From contig CBFGTS010000005.1 in assembly GCA_965652295.1 (NCBI GenBank), positions 160,001-224,000 on the forward strand: a stretch of DNA of 64,000 bases, given 5' to 3'. The position numbers were made by a program, and so were the translations under genes. This document shows, in pieces, positions 45,550 to 54,713 of the stretch. The first letter of the stretch is position 1. Each line of letters opens with the position of its first letter. The notes under the pieces are model-generated. The model was not told the origin of the DNA, did not search any database, and saw nothing but the letters and a program-made list of their open reading frames with translations. The stretch comes from an uncultured Haloferula sp. (GTDB lineage Bacteria > Verrucomicrobiota > Verrucomicrobiia > Verrucomicrobiales > Akkermansiaceae).

Positions 45550-47864
45550 TGCTCCGCCGTCTCCATCTCGCCGTTTTCGTCGCGTTCGGTCTCGCCACCT
45601 GTCTGGCGCAGCCGCTGTGCGCCCAGAGCGTTGGCGGGGCGGGGGAGGGGAGCCGCCCCGCCGACCTGCGCTATGCCGGACAACCGGCCGAGCTGGCCGT
45701 CTATCCCTGCACGCCCCGCAGCCTGCGCATCGTCATCGCCCCGCGTCGGGACGGCCGGCCCGCCGTTCTCCCGGATTCGCCGGTCTTCGTTCCCCGAGAC
45801 TGGTCTCCGGCGGCCCTGCGCCTGAGCGACGCGGCCGCCGCGCATGGCGGTGAGACGCGCGTCGGCGCATTTTCCATCCGGATACAATACGCCCCGCTCA
45901 CCCTCACGATCTCCGACGCGGCCGGTCGCCCGGTGCAAACCTTGCGCTTCGATCCCGACGCCGCCGGCTTTGCGTTTCAAACCGGCACGCGGCCCATCCT
46001 CGGGCTCGGCGAAGGCGGCGCGCAGTTTGATCGTAACGGAAAGACCTTTCCCTATTTCAACGGCCAGCACACGCCCGACCGCCCGATCATCGGTGCCCGC
46101 ATCGCCGTGCCCTACCTCCTCGGCACCGAGGGGTGGGCCTTGTTTGTCGTTTCCTCCCCCGGTGCTTTCGACCTCACGAACGGACAGGGAAAATTCCAAC
46201 CCGTCGCCGACGCCCCCGCCGGCCTCGATCTCATCGTCGCCGACGCCCGCGACCCTCAGGCCTGGTTCGGCGAACTCGCCGAACTCACCGGCCGCCCCGT
46301 CCTGCCGCCCAAGTGGGCCCTCGGCTACATGCAGTCGCACCGCACGCTGGAGTCCGCCGCGCAGATTCTGGCGGAGGCCGACGTCTTCCGCCAAAAGCAG
46401 CTGCCCTGCGACGCCCTGATCTTTCTCGGCACCGGCTTCTGCCCCGCCGGCTGGAACACCGGCCACGACTCCCTGGAGTTCAACCCGAAGGTTTTTGAAC
46501 GTCCGCCCGCGGAGGTGCTCGCCGACCTGCATCGCCGGAATTTCCAATTCGTCGTTCACGTCACCCCGCCGCCGGTCGCGCCCCTGAAGGACGCCAAGGG
46601 CAAAACCATCCGCCTGCCCTGGGACGGCGACCGACTGCACGGCACCTTCCAAGACGCGCCGACCGCCAAGGCCAACCCCACCCACATCGCGACCTACTGG
46701 CAACGTCATCGCCCGGCCTTCGCCGCCGGCATCGACGGCTGGTGGCCCGACGAGGGCGATTGGTTCGACATCGAGTCCCGCCTCGCCCGCGCCCGCATGT
46801 ATTACGAGGGCCCGCTCGCGGATCGTCCCGATCGCCGCCCCTGGAACCTCCAGCGCAACGGCTACCTCGGCGTCGCCCGCTACGGCGGCTGGATCTGGTC
46901 GGGCGACGTCGAGTCGCGTTGGCGCGCGCTCGCCGCCCAGGTGCCGGTTGGCATCAACCACTCGCTCAGCGTCTCGCCGTATTGGGGAACGGATACCGGC
47001 GGTTTCCATCCCACGCCCGAATTCACCGGCGAACTGTTTGTGCGCTGGTTTCAGTTTTCCGCCTTTTGTCCCTCGTTCCGCTCGCACGGCCGCGCCTGGC
47101 ACCTGCGCCTTCCCTGGGGCTGGAACACTGCCCAGCCCGGCCCGCTCGAAGGCGCCCGGCCGCCCGCTCCCGGCGAGCTGCCCAACACGCAGGTCGAACC
47201 GATCTGCCGCCAATACCTCGAACTGCGCTACCGCCTGTTGCCCTACACCTACGCCCTCGCGCGACAAGCCCGCGACACCGGCCTGCCGCTCATGCGCGCG
47301 CTCTGGCTGCACTATCCCGACGACGCGACGGCCGCCGCCCGCGGCGACGCATACCTCTGGGGCCGCGACCTGCTCGTCGCGCCCGTCGTGAAACGCGGAG
47401 CGACCGAGCGCCGCGTCTATCTGCCGGCCGGAGACTGGTATGATTGGTGGACCGGCGAGCGCGTCGAAGGCGGCCGCGAGATCGTCCGCCCCGTCGATCT
47501 CGCCACGCTCCCGCTCTACGTCCGCGCCGGCGCGATCATCCCCCTCGACCCGGTCCGCCAATACGCGCTGGAGCCCGTCGCCGGGCCCACCACGCTCCGC
47601 GTCTATCCCGGAGCCAACGGAGACTTCGCCCTCTACGAAGACCAGGGCGACACCAACGATTACCTTCAGGGCGCCTCCGCCACGATTCCCGTTCGCTGGG
47701 ACGACCAAGCCCGCACTCTCACGCTCGGCGCCCGCCAGGGCTCCTACCCGGGCATGCCTGCCCGCCGCGCTTTCCGCATCGTCTGGATGAGGCCCGGACA
47801 CGCCGAGAATCCCCAGTCCACCGAAGTCCGTTACGACGGGTCCCAACTCACACTCCAGCCATGA
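45549..47864 (+). CDS. GH31 alpha-glycosidase (alpha-xylosidase/glucosidase-like)
   Basis: The true start MLRRLHLAVF is TGATG-coupled to the GH3 stop. LTGRPVLPPKWALG, WWPDEGD, WSGD, DTGGF, ELFVRWFQF and YLPAGDWYDWW. Confidence 0.92.
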   Translation: MLRRLHLAVFVAFGLATCLAQPLCAQSVGGAGEGSRPADLRYAGQPAELAVYPCTPRSLRIVIAPRRDGRPAVLPDSPVFVPRDWSPAALRLSDAAAAHGGETRVGAFSIRIQYAPLTLTISDAAGRPVQTLRFDPDAAGFAFQTGTRPILGLGEGGAQFDRNGKTFPYFNGQHTPDRPIIGARIAVPYLLGTEGWALFVVSSPGAFDLTNGQGKFQPVADAPAGLDLIVADARDPQAWFGELAELTGRPVLPPKWALGYMQSHRTLESAAQILAEADVFRQKQLPCDALIFLGTGFCPAGWNTGHDSLEFNPKVFERPPAEVLADLHRRNFQFVVHVTPPPVAPLKDAKGKTIRLPWDGDRLHGTFQDAPTAKANPTHIATYWQRHRPAFAAGIDGWWPDEGDWFDIESRLARARMYYEGPLADRPDRRPWNLQRNGYLGVARYGGWIWSGDVESRWRALAAQVPVGINHSLSVSPYWGTDTGGFHPTPEFTGELFVRWFQFSAFCPSFRSHGRAWHLRLPWGWNTAQPGPLEGARPPAPGELPNTQVEPICRQYLELRYRLLPYTYALARQARDTGLPLMRALWLHYPDDATAAARGDAYLWGRDLLVAPVVKRGATERRVYLPAGDWYDWWTGERVEGGREIVRPVDLATLPLYVRAGAIIPLDPVRQYALEPVAGPTTLRVYPGANGDFALYEDQGDTNDYLQGASATIPVRWDDQARTLTLGARQGSYPGMPARRAFRIVWMRPGHAENPQSTEVRYDGSQLTLQP

Positions 47865-47955
47865 TAGCGCGTCAGCCCCTACAATGCGCCGCCCCCGATG
47901 GCGCATATCAGTTCAAAATGAGCACCATCATCTGGAACATCCCTGGATCTCCTCA

Positions 47956-49632
47956 ATGAACTACCACAAACGCATCCTCATCCTCGCCGCCACTCTGTGC
48001 CTGTGCACCCATGGTCACGCGGACCCCATCCCGACCACCGCGAAGCCCTCCGTGATCGTCAACACCAAGGATGAGCCGGTCGTTCGCGGCAAATTCAAGC
48101 CCACTTGGACATCCCTCTCCCAATACGAATGCCCGGAGTGGTTCCGCGACGCCAAGTTCGGCATCTGGGCGCACTGGGGACCGCAGTGCGAGCCACACGC
48201 CGGCGACTGGTATGCCCGGCACATGTACATTGAGGGCCGCCCCCAGTATAGAACGCAGATCGAGAAATACGGCCACCCTTCGGAAGCCGGCTTCAAGGAC
48301 GTGATCCACGCGTGGAAGGCCGAGAAGTGGGAACCCGAAAAGCTTGTGGCCCTCTACAAGCGGGTCGGCGCGAAATACTTCTTCGCGATGGCCAACCACC
48401 ACGACAACTTGGATATGTGGGACAGCAAATACCAGCCGTGGAACTCCGTTGCGGTCGGCCCCAAAAAAGACATCATCGGCGGCTGGGCCAAGGCCGCCCG
48501 CGCTCAAGGTCTCCCCTTCGGTGTGAGCGTTCACGCCGCGCATGCCTGGTCTTGGTATGAGGTCGCGCAAGGCGCGGACAAAAACGGCCCCAAGGCCGGC
48601 GTGCCCTACGACGGCAAACTCACCAAGGCCGATGGCAAAGGCAAGTGGTGGGAGGGGCTCGACCCGCAGGATCTCTACGAACAGCGTCACACACCCAGCC
48701 CCGGCTTCGAAAACATGGCGTCCATCCACGCCCGCTGGAACTGGGGCCATGGCGTGACCCAGCCCGACCAAGCCTATTGTGATAAGTTCTACAACCGCAC
48801 CGTCGATCTGATTAACAAGTATCAGCCCGACCTCCTCTACTTCGACGACACCGCGCTGCCGCTCTGGCCGGCGAGCGACGCCGGCCTCCATCTCGCCGCC
48901 CACTTCTACAACACCAACCTCGCCAAACGCGGCCGCAAGGACAACGGCGTCCTGTTCGGCAAGGTCCCCACCGACGACCAACTCGAGTGCTTCACGTGGG
49001 ACATCGAGCGCGGCGTCCCCAACCGCACGCTTCCCTATCCGTGGCAGACCTGCACCTGCATCGGCGGCTGGCACTACAACAACTACGAATACAACCACAA
49101 TCTCTACAAGAGCGCCAAGACCGTCATCCACATGCTCGCCGACATCGTGAGCAAAAACGGCAACCTCCTGCTCAACATCCCCGTCCGCGGCGACGGTGCC
49201 ATTGACGACAAAGCGGAAGCCATCCTCGAAGGCATCGCGACGTGGATGGAAGTGAACAGCGAATCCATCTACCGCACCCGCCCCTGGAAGACCTTTGGCG
49301 AAGGCCCCGCAAGCGAGGGAGTGGAACTTTCCGCCCAAGGCTTCAACGAGGGCAAAGGCAAACCTTTCACCGCCGAGGACATCCGCTACACCGCCTCCAA
49401 AGACGGCAAGACCCTCTACGCCATCGTTTGCGGCATGCCCTCCGGCCCCGTCACCCTCAAGTCCCTCGGAAAAACCGCCGCCCTGCTCGACCGCCCCATT
49501 TCCAAGGTCGGACAACTCGGTACGACCGGAAGCATCGACTGGTCACTTGGTACCGACGCGCTCACCGTCATTCCCGCTTCCGCCAAACCGGCCTCGGATG
49601 CCGCCGTCGTCTTCAAAATCACGTTGAAATAA
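47956..49632 (+). CDS. GH29 alpha-L-fucosidase family
   Basis: PEWFRDAKFGIWAHWG, HHD, YFDD and DIVSKNGNLLLNI. Confidence 0.92.
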   Translation: MNYHKRILILAATLCLCTHGHADPIPTTAKPSVIVNTKDEPVVRGKFKPTWTSLSQYECPEWFRDAKFGIWAHWGPQCEPHAGDWYARHMYIEGRPQYRTQIEKYGHPSEAGFKDVIHAWKAEKWEPEKLVALYKRVGAKYFFAMANHHDNLDMWDSKYQPWNSVAVGPKKDIIGGWAKAARAQGLPFGVSVHAAHAWSWYEVAQGADKNGPKAGVPYDGKLTKADGKGKWWEGLDPQDLYEQRHTPSPGFENMASIHARWNWGHGVTQPDQAYCDKFYNRTVDLINKYQPDLLYFDDTALPLWPASDAGLHLAAHFYNTNLAKRGRKDNGVLFGKVPTDDQLECFTWDIERGVPNRTLPYPWQTCTCIGGWHYNNYEYNHNLYKSAKTVIHMLADIVSKNGNLLLNIPVRGDGAIDDKAEAILEGIATWMEVNSESIYRTRPWKTFGEGPASEGVELSAQGFNEGKGKPFTAEDIRYTASKDGKTLYAIVCGMPSGPVTLKSLGKTAALLDRPISKVGQLGTTGSIDWSLGTDALTVIPASAKPASDAAVVFKITLK

Positions 49633-49638
49633 AAACCC

Positions 49639-51636
49639 ATGCGCCTTGTCCCCGTCCTTCTCGCCGCCTCCACGCTGGTGGCCGTTTCCGCCTTCGCCGC
49701 CGAGCAACGCGTGAGCTCGCCCGATGGCAAACTCACGCTCGTCGTCTCCGACGACGCCGGCCTCCGCTACCGTGTCGAACTCGACGGCAAGCCGCTCCTC
49801 GCCGATTCCGTCCTCGGCCTCGACTTCGCCGACGGCATCACCCTCGGCCCCGCCGCCAAGATCACCGACACCAAGAAATCGGAGAAGGACGCCACTTGGG
49901 TCGATCCATTCGGACAACAACGCACCGTGCCCGATCGGTTCCACGAGATCCGCGTCGAGCTGCGCGAACCCACGACACCCGCCCGCACCTTCATCCTCGT
50001 CGCCCGCGCCTATGACGAAGGCGTGGCTTTCCGCTACGACCTTCCCGAAGCCTCCGGCCTCGGCGAGTTCACCCTGAACCGCGAACTCACCGAGTTCCGT
50101 TTCCCCGACGACCACCGCGCCTGGGCGGGCGACGAATCGGAGTGCGCCGAAAACACCTACCGCGAGAAAAAGCTCTCGGCCATTCCCCAACAAAGCAAGG
50201 ACGACAAGCCCTTCCGCTCGGTGCTGCCGCTCCTCGTCGAGACGCCCGCCGCCTACGTCGCCGTGGCCGAGTCCGATCTGCTCGACTGGGCCGGCATGTT
50301 CCTCACCGGCACCGGCGAATCCGCCGTGCGCGCCGAACTCGCTCCACGCCAGGACGGACGCGGTGCCGTCGTCGGCAAAGTCCCGATGCACAGCCCGTGG
50401 CGCGTGCTCATGGTCGGCAGAGGTGCCGGCGACCTCGTCACCAACAACCTCGTCGCCACCCTCGCCACCCCGTCCCGCATTTCCGACACCTCTTGGATCA
50501 AACCCGGCATCAGTGCATGGGACGCGTGGTGGACCGGCGTCAACCCGTCCCTCCCTCAATACACAGGCGCCGAGGCCCGCGGCGACAACCGGTCCCACCG
50601 CGAATACATCGATTTCGCCGCCGAGATGGGTTGGCCCTATCAAATCGTGGACTGGTATTGGTATGAACACATGACCGACTGGAGAAAGAGTCTCTTTTCT
50701 CCGCCTAACAATCCGTCCGGCGATTTTACCGAGCCCGCCCCGCACATCGACCTGCCCGGCCTCTTCGACTACGCCAAATCCAAGAACGTCCGCCTTTTCA
50801 TCTGGGGGCACTCCCTCGATCTCGAAATCGCAGGCGTGGAGAAAACCCTCGCCCATTTCGCCTCCCTCGGCGCGGCAGGTCTGAAGATCGACTTCATCAA
50901 CAGCGACTCTCAGGAAGCCGTCCAATGGTGTGTCCGCGTGCTTGAAGCCGCCGCCCGCCACCGCCTCATGGTCAACTTCCACGGCGCCTACAAACCCACC
51001 GGACTCGCCCGCACCTATCCGAACTACATCACCCAGGAAGGCGTCCTCGGCAACGAGTGGAGCAAACTCGGCAATCGGATCGATAACCGCCACTCCCTGA
51101 TCCTTCCATTCACCCGCGGCCTGCTCGGTCCCATGGACTACACCCCCGGCGGTTTCATCAACCGCACGCCGTCCACCTTCAAAGCGACCCATCCCGCCCA
51201 GGTCGTGGGCACGCGCGCCCGTCAGCTTGCCATGACGATCGTCTATCGCAGCCCGCTGCTCGTCCTCTGCGACAGCCCTGCCAACTACCGCGACCAGCCC
51301 GGCGTCGAGTTCTTCCGCGGACTTCCCACCGTCTGGGACGAAAGCGTCGTCCTCTCCGCGGAGATCGACAAACACATCGTCATCGCCCGCCGCTCCGGCA
51401 AGCGATGGTACGTCGGCGCGATGAACGGCGACCAAGCCGCCACGCTCGAAGTCCCGCTCGATTTCCTCGGTTCCAAGGACGGCAAGTGGAAGCTGCGCGA
51501 GTTTGCCGACGACGCCGACCCCGATGCTCCCGAGACCGTCGTGGAAACCACCCGCGAACTCGGCGACGCCCGCACCCTCACCCTGCGCCTCCAGTCCGGC
51601 GGCGGCGGCTACGCGGCCGTCATCAGCCCGGAGTGA
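49639..51636 (+). CDS. GH97 glycosidase, retaining type (alpha-galactosidase/beta-L-arabinopyranosidase-like)
   Basis: SPDG, RAYDEGVAFRY, WIKPG, GLKIDF, FHG...RTYPN...EGV and GPMDYTPG. Confidence 0.92.
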   Translation: MRLVPVLLAASTLVAVSAFAAEQRVSSPDGKLTLVVSDDAGLRYRVELDGKPLLADSVLGLDFADGITLGPAAKITDTKKSEKDATWVDPFGQQRTVPDRFHEIRVELREPTTPARTFILVARAYDEGVAFRYDLPEASGLGEFTLNRELTEFRFPDDHRAWAGDESECAENTYREKKLSAIPQQSKDDKPFRSVLPLLVETPAAYVAVAESDLLDWAGMFLTGTGESAVRAELAPRQDGRGAVVGKVPMHSPWRVLMVGRGAGDLVTNNLVATLATPSRISDTSWIKPGISAWDAWWTGVNPSLPQYTGAEARGDNRSHREYIDFAAEMGWPYQIVDWYWYEHMTDWRKSLFSPPNNPSGDFTEPAPHIDLPGLFDYAKSKNVRLFIWGHSLDLEIAGVEKTLAHFASLGAAGLKIDFINSDSQEAVQWCVRVLEAAARHRLMVNFHGAYKPTGLARTYPNYITQEGVLGNEWSKLGNRIDNRHSLILPFTRGLLGPMDYTPGGFINRTPSTFKATHPAQVVGTRARQLAMTIVYRSPLLVLCDSPANYRDQPGVEFFRGLPTVWDESVVLSAEIDKHIVIARRSGKRWYVGAMNGDQAATLEVPLDFLGSKDGKWKLREFADDADPDAPETVVETTRELGDARTLTLRLQSGGGGYAAVISPE

Positions 51637-51669
51637 TTTCACCCGCAAAGTTCGTCGTTCACCCCATCC

Positions 51670-54600
51670 ATGAAGTTCGCCTGCCCGCACTGCACCCAGA
51701 AGTTCGAAATCGCCGACGAATGCGCCGGACATTCCATGCAGTGCCCGAAGTGCCAGAATCCGCTCACCGTCCCGGCTCCGCCGGCGGTTCCGAAACGCAA
51801 ACCGGCCCCAAGCCAAGCGGCGCGCCGCGGGAGCGGTGGATTCGGGAAACTCCTGCTGACGCTTCTCGTCCTCGCGGGTATCGGATTCGGCTATGCGATG
51901 GTGCATTTCAAGGAGTCGCCGCAGCAGGTCTGGAAACGGTTGGTCCATGCCGTGGACGGGACGACGAAACCCGAGCCAACGCCCGATCCCGAACCAACAC
52001 TCGCCGAGACCACATCCCAGCCCGCTCCCGAACCTACACCCGTAGAGCCCGCGCCCGCCAAGCCCGCTTTGGTTCCAAAAGCGAAGCCTGCGCCCACGGT
52101 CACCCACGAGCCCACCCCGACACCAGCACCTGCGGAGCCCAAGGACGAGCCGGAGGTGGTGCTTCAGGAAAAGCCCCAACCCGCACTGCGCAAGTTCACG
52201 CCTCCACAGCGGAAGCATTCCGTCAGAGCCGTGGCATTCCCCACGCCGCGATTCAGGTCTCCCGGCGTGATCCTGAACCTCAAGGATCTCGAAACCCTCA
52301 AGGCGAACATCCAGCGTGAGCCATGGAAAAGCGGCTTCGAGGCCCTCGCCAACGAAGGCCGCTCCAAGCTCAGCTACAAGATGGCCGGGCCGTTGAAGGA
52401 GGTGAAGCGCTCTCCCAATGAGAACCTCTGGCCCTGGCGCGGCGACATGATCGCGGTCTGGAACCTCTCGCGCATGTGGTATTTCACCGGCGACGACGCC
52501 TACGCGAAAAAGGCCCGCGATATCCTGCTCGCGTGGGCGAAGACGCACGAGGAGTTCGGAGGCCGCGAATCGATGCTCGATCTCGGCGACTACGTCGTCT
52601 GTTTCGTCGGCGGCGCGGACATCCTGCGTGGCACCTGGCCGGGCTGGACCAGAGCCGACACCGCCGCGGTGAAGAAATACTTCAACGACGTCCTCATGCC
52701 CGCCAGCAATCCCTATGGCGAACACCAGTTCGGCGCCGCGAACAAAGGCGCGCTCGCCCTCGCCTCCATGGGACTGATGGCGATCTTCAACGAGGACACC
52801 GCCAAGCTCAGGACCATCGTTTCCCAAGCCCGCGTCCTCCCTCACATCGGCCTACGCAGCTCCAACGACATCGGCCTGCTCGGCGATTCCCTCCGCGACC
52901 AAGGCCACGCCCACGGACACCTTATTTCGCTCGCCGTCCTCGCCGAAGCGCTCTGGAAGCAGGGCATCGACATCTATTCGGACTACGACAACCGCCTCCT
53001 CGCAGCCGGCGAGTATTTCGCGCGCGTCAACAGCCTCACCCCCACGCCGTTTCTCCCCTTCGGCACCACCGACGCCTACTACACCGCCGACCGCACCAAT
53101 CGCGGCTGGGGCGGCGGAAACGTCGCGCTCAACATCATCCACGGTGCCTACGCAGTCCGCATGGGCCTCCCGGATCCCTTCACGGCTCGGAAATGCCAGA
53201 CCCTTCCCATCGATGGAGGTAGCTTCATGTTCGTCAAAGAGGTCGATCGCTCCAAAGCGACGCCGATGCTCCCGCCGCCGATCCCCGCCACCGAGTCCAT
53301 CACCTCGGGATTCCAAGGCACCGAAATCGGCGATGCCGAGCCCACCGGCAACGCCTCCTACGCCGACGGCATCTGGACCATTCAAGGCGGCGGCAGGGAA
53401 ATCTGGAAGGAGAACGACAGCTGCCACTTCACCTACCAAACGCTCACCGGCAACTGCGCCATCGTCGCGAAAATCGAGTCGGTCGGAAACACCAGCCCGT
53501 CCGCCAAAGCCGGCGTGATGATGCGCACGAGCCTCGACGAAGGCTCCCCCCGCGCCTGGATGGCCCTCACCGGCGGCGGCAATCTTGAGCAAAACATGCC
53601 GAACCTCGCCGTCTATGGCGGCACCAACTACGGCAACAAGGTCCTCACCCAGTCCCTGTCCTCCTACTGGGTGAAACTCGAGCGTATGGGGAACATCATC
53701 GCGGGCTACGTTTCTCCCGACGGCACCAACTGGGCGGCCACCGATGTCGGCCGCATCGACGATCCGGTTCCGACGAAGATCCACGTCGGCCTCGTGGTCT
53801 GCTCGGCCGCCAACGGCAAACTGAACTCCTCCACCTTCAGCCACGTCCAGATCACCGGCGGCGACGGTGACGCGCCGGTCGTCACCCCCGCCGCGCCCGC
53901 CGCCCTCCTCGCCGCGCCGGGTGACGGCGTCGTCCCGCTCCGCTGGCAAACGTCCTTCGGAGCCACCAACTACACGGTCAAACGCGCCACATCCCGCGGT
54001 GGTCCCTACACGCCTCTTGTCGAGGGCATCCCCGACAGCAGCTTCACCGACACGACGGTCACCAACGGCACGACCTACCACTACGTCGTCACCGCGACCA
54101 ACTCCGCCGGCACCAGCGCCGATTCCCCCGAGGACACCGCCACCCCCATGGCTCCGATGTGGAAGGTTTCCCTCGGCGGAACGGCCACCGCCACCGTGGG
54201 CAATGACGGCGCGGACAACGCCTTCGACAGCAACTCCCACACCATGTGGTATGCCGGCGGCTGCCATGGGGTGGCCGCTCTTCAATACGATTTCGGCCCG
54301 GACCACACTCCCGCCATCACGGCCTATACGATCACCAGCCCCCACTTCAAACCGGAGCGCGATCCCAGAGACTGGGAGTTCCAAGGTTCGGAAGACGGCA
54401 CCCACTGGATCACGCTCGACACGCGGCGCGACCAGACCTTTCCCCTCCGTTTCTACGAGGTCGAATACTCCCTGCCCAAACCAGCGGCCTATCGCTACTT
54501 CCGTCTCAATGTCACCGCGAACAACGGAGACAACGATCTCCATATCGCGGACCTCAAACTGCTCGCCGCCGCACCGCTGCCGAACGCCCCGGTTCCGTCC

Positions 54601-54672
54601 CTGCGACATTGGAAAACCAACGATGTCACCGACCGCGACCGCGCTGTGAAGCACCTGAACTCCGTCCGATAG
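51670..54672 (+). CDS. Membrane-anchored multidomain protein: Zn-ribbon, TM, Pro-rich stalk, alginate-lyase-like (alpha/alpha) domain, beta-sandwich, Fn3, F5/8-like
   Basis: CPHC-x14-CPKC; TM LLLTLLVLAGIGFGYAMV; PEPTP-rich linker; TGDDAYAKKARDILLAW, RDQGH and DNRLLAAGEY; KAGVMMR; YTVKRA...YHYVVTA; RDPRDWEFQGS...YRYFRL. Confidence 0.85.
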   Translation: MKFACPHCTQKFEIADECAGHSMQCPKCQNPLTVPAPPAVPKRKPAPSQAARRGSGGFGKLLLTLLVLAGIGFGYAMVHFKESPQQVWKRLVHAVDGTTKPEPTPDPEPTLAETTSQPAPEPTPVEPAPAKPALVPKAKPAPTVTHEPTPTPAPAEPKDEPEVVLQEKPQPALRKFTPPQRKHSVRAVAFPTPRFRSPGVILNLKDLETLKANIQREPWKSGFEALANEGRSKLSYKMAGPLKEVKRSPNENLWPWRGDMIAVWNLSRMWYFTGDDAYAKKARDILLAWAKTHEEFGGRESMLDLGDYVVCFVGGADILRGTWPGWTRADTAAVKKYFNDVLMPASNPYGEHQFGAANKGALALASMGLMAIFNEDTAKLRTIVSQARVLPHIGLRSSNDIGLLGDSLRDQGHAHGHLISLAVLAEALWKQGIDIYSDYDNRLLAAGEYFARVNSLTPTPFLPFGTTDAYYTADRTNRGWGGGNVALNIIHGAYAVRMGLPDPFTARKCQTLPIDGGSFMFVKEVDRSKATPMLPPPIPATESITSGFQGTEIGDAEPTGNASYADGIWTIQGGGREIWKENDSCHFTYQTLTGNCAIVAKIESVGNTSPSAKAGVMMRTSLDEGSPRAWMALTGGGNLEQNMPNLAVYGGTNYGNKVLTQSLSSYWVKLERMGNIIAGYVSPDGTNWAATDVGRIDDPVPTKIHVGLVVCSAANGKLNSSTFSHVQITGGDGDAPVVTPAAPAALLAAPGDGVVPLRWQTSFGATNYTVKRATSRGGPYTPLVEGIPDSSFTDTTVTNGTTYHYVVTATNSAGTSADSPEDTATPMAPMWKVSLGGTATATVGNDGADNAFDSNSHTMWYAGGCHGVAALQYDFGPDHTPAITAYTITSPHFKPERDPRDWEFQGSEDGTHWITLDTRRDQTFPLRFYEVEYSLPKPAAYRYFRLNVTANNGDNDLHIADLKLLAAAPLPNAPVPSLRHWKTNDVTDRDRAVKHLNSVR

Positions 54673-54713
54673 AAACCCGCCGCTCTCTTTTCCTCCACTC
54701 CCTCGCCAGACTC

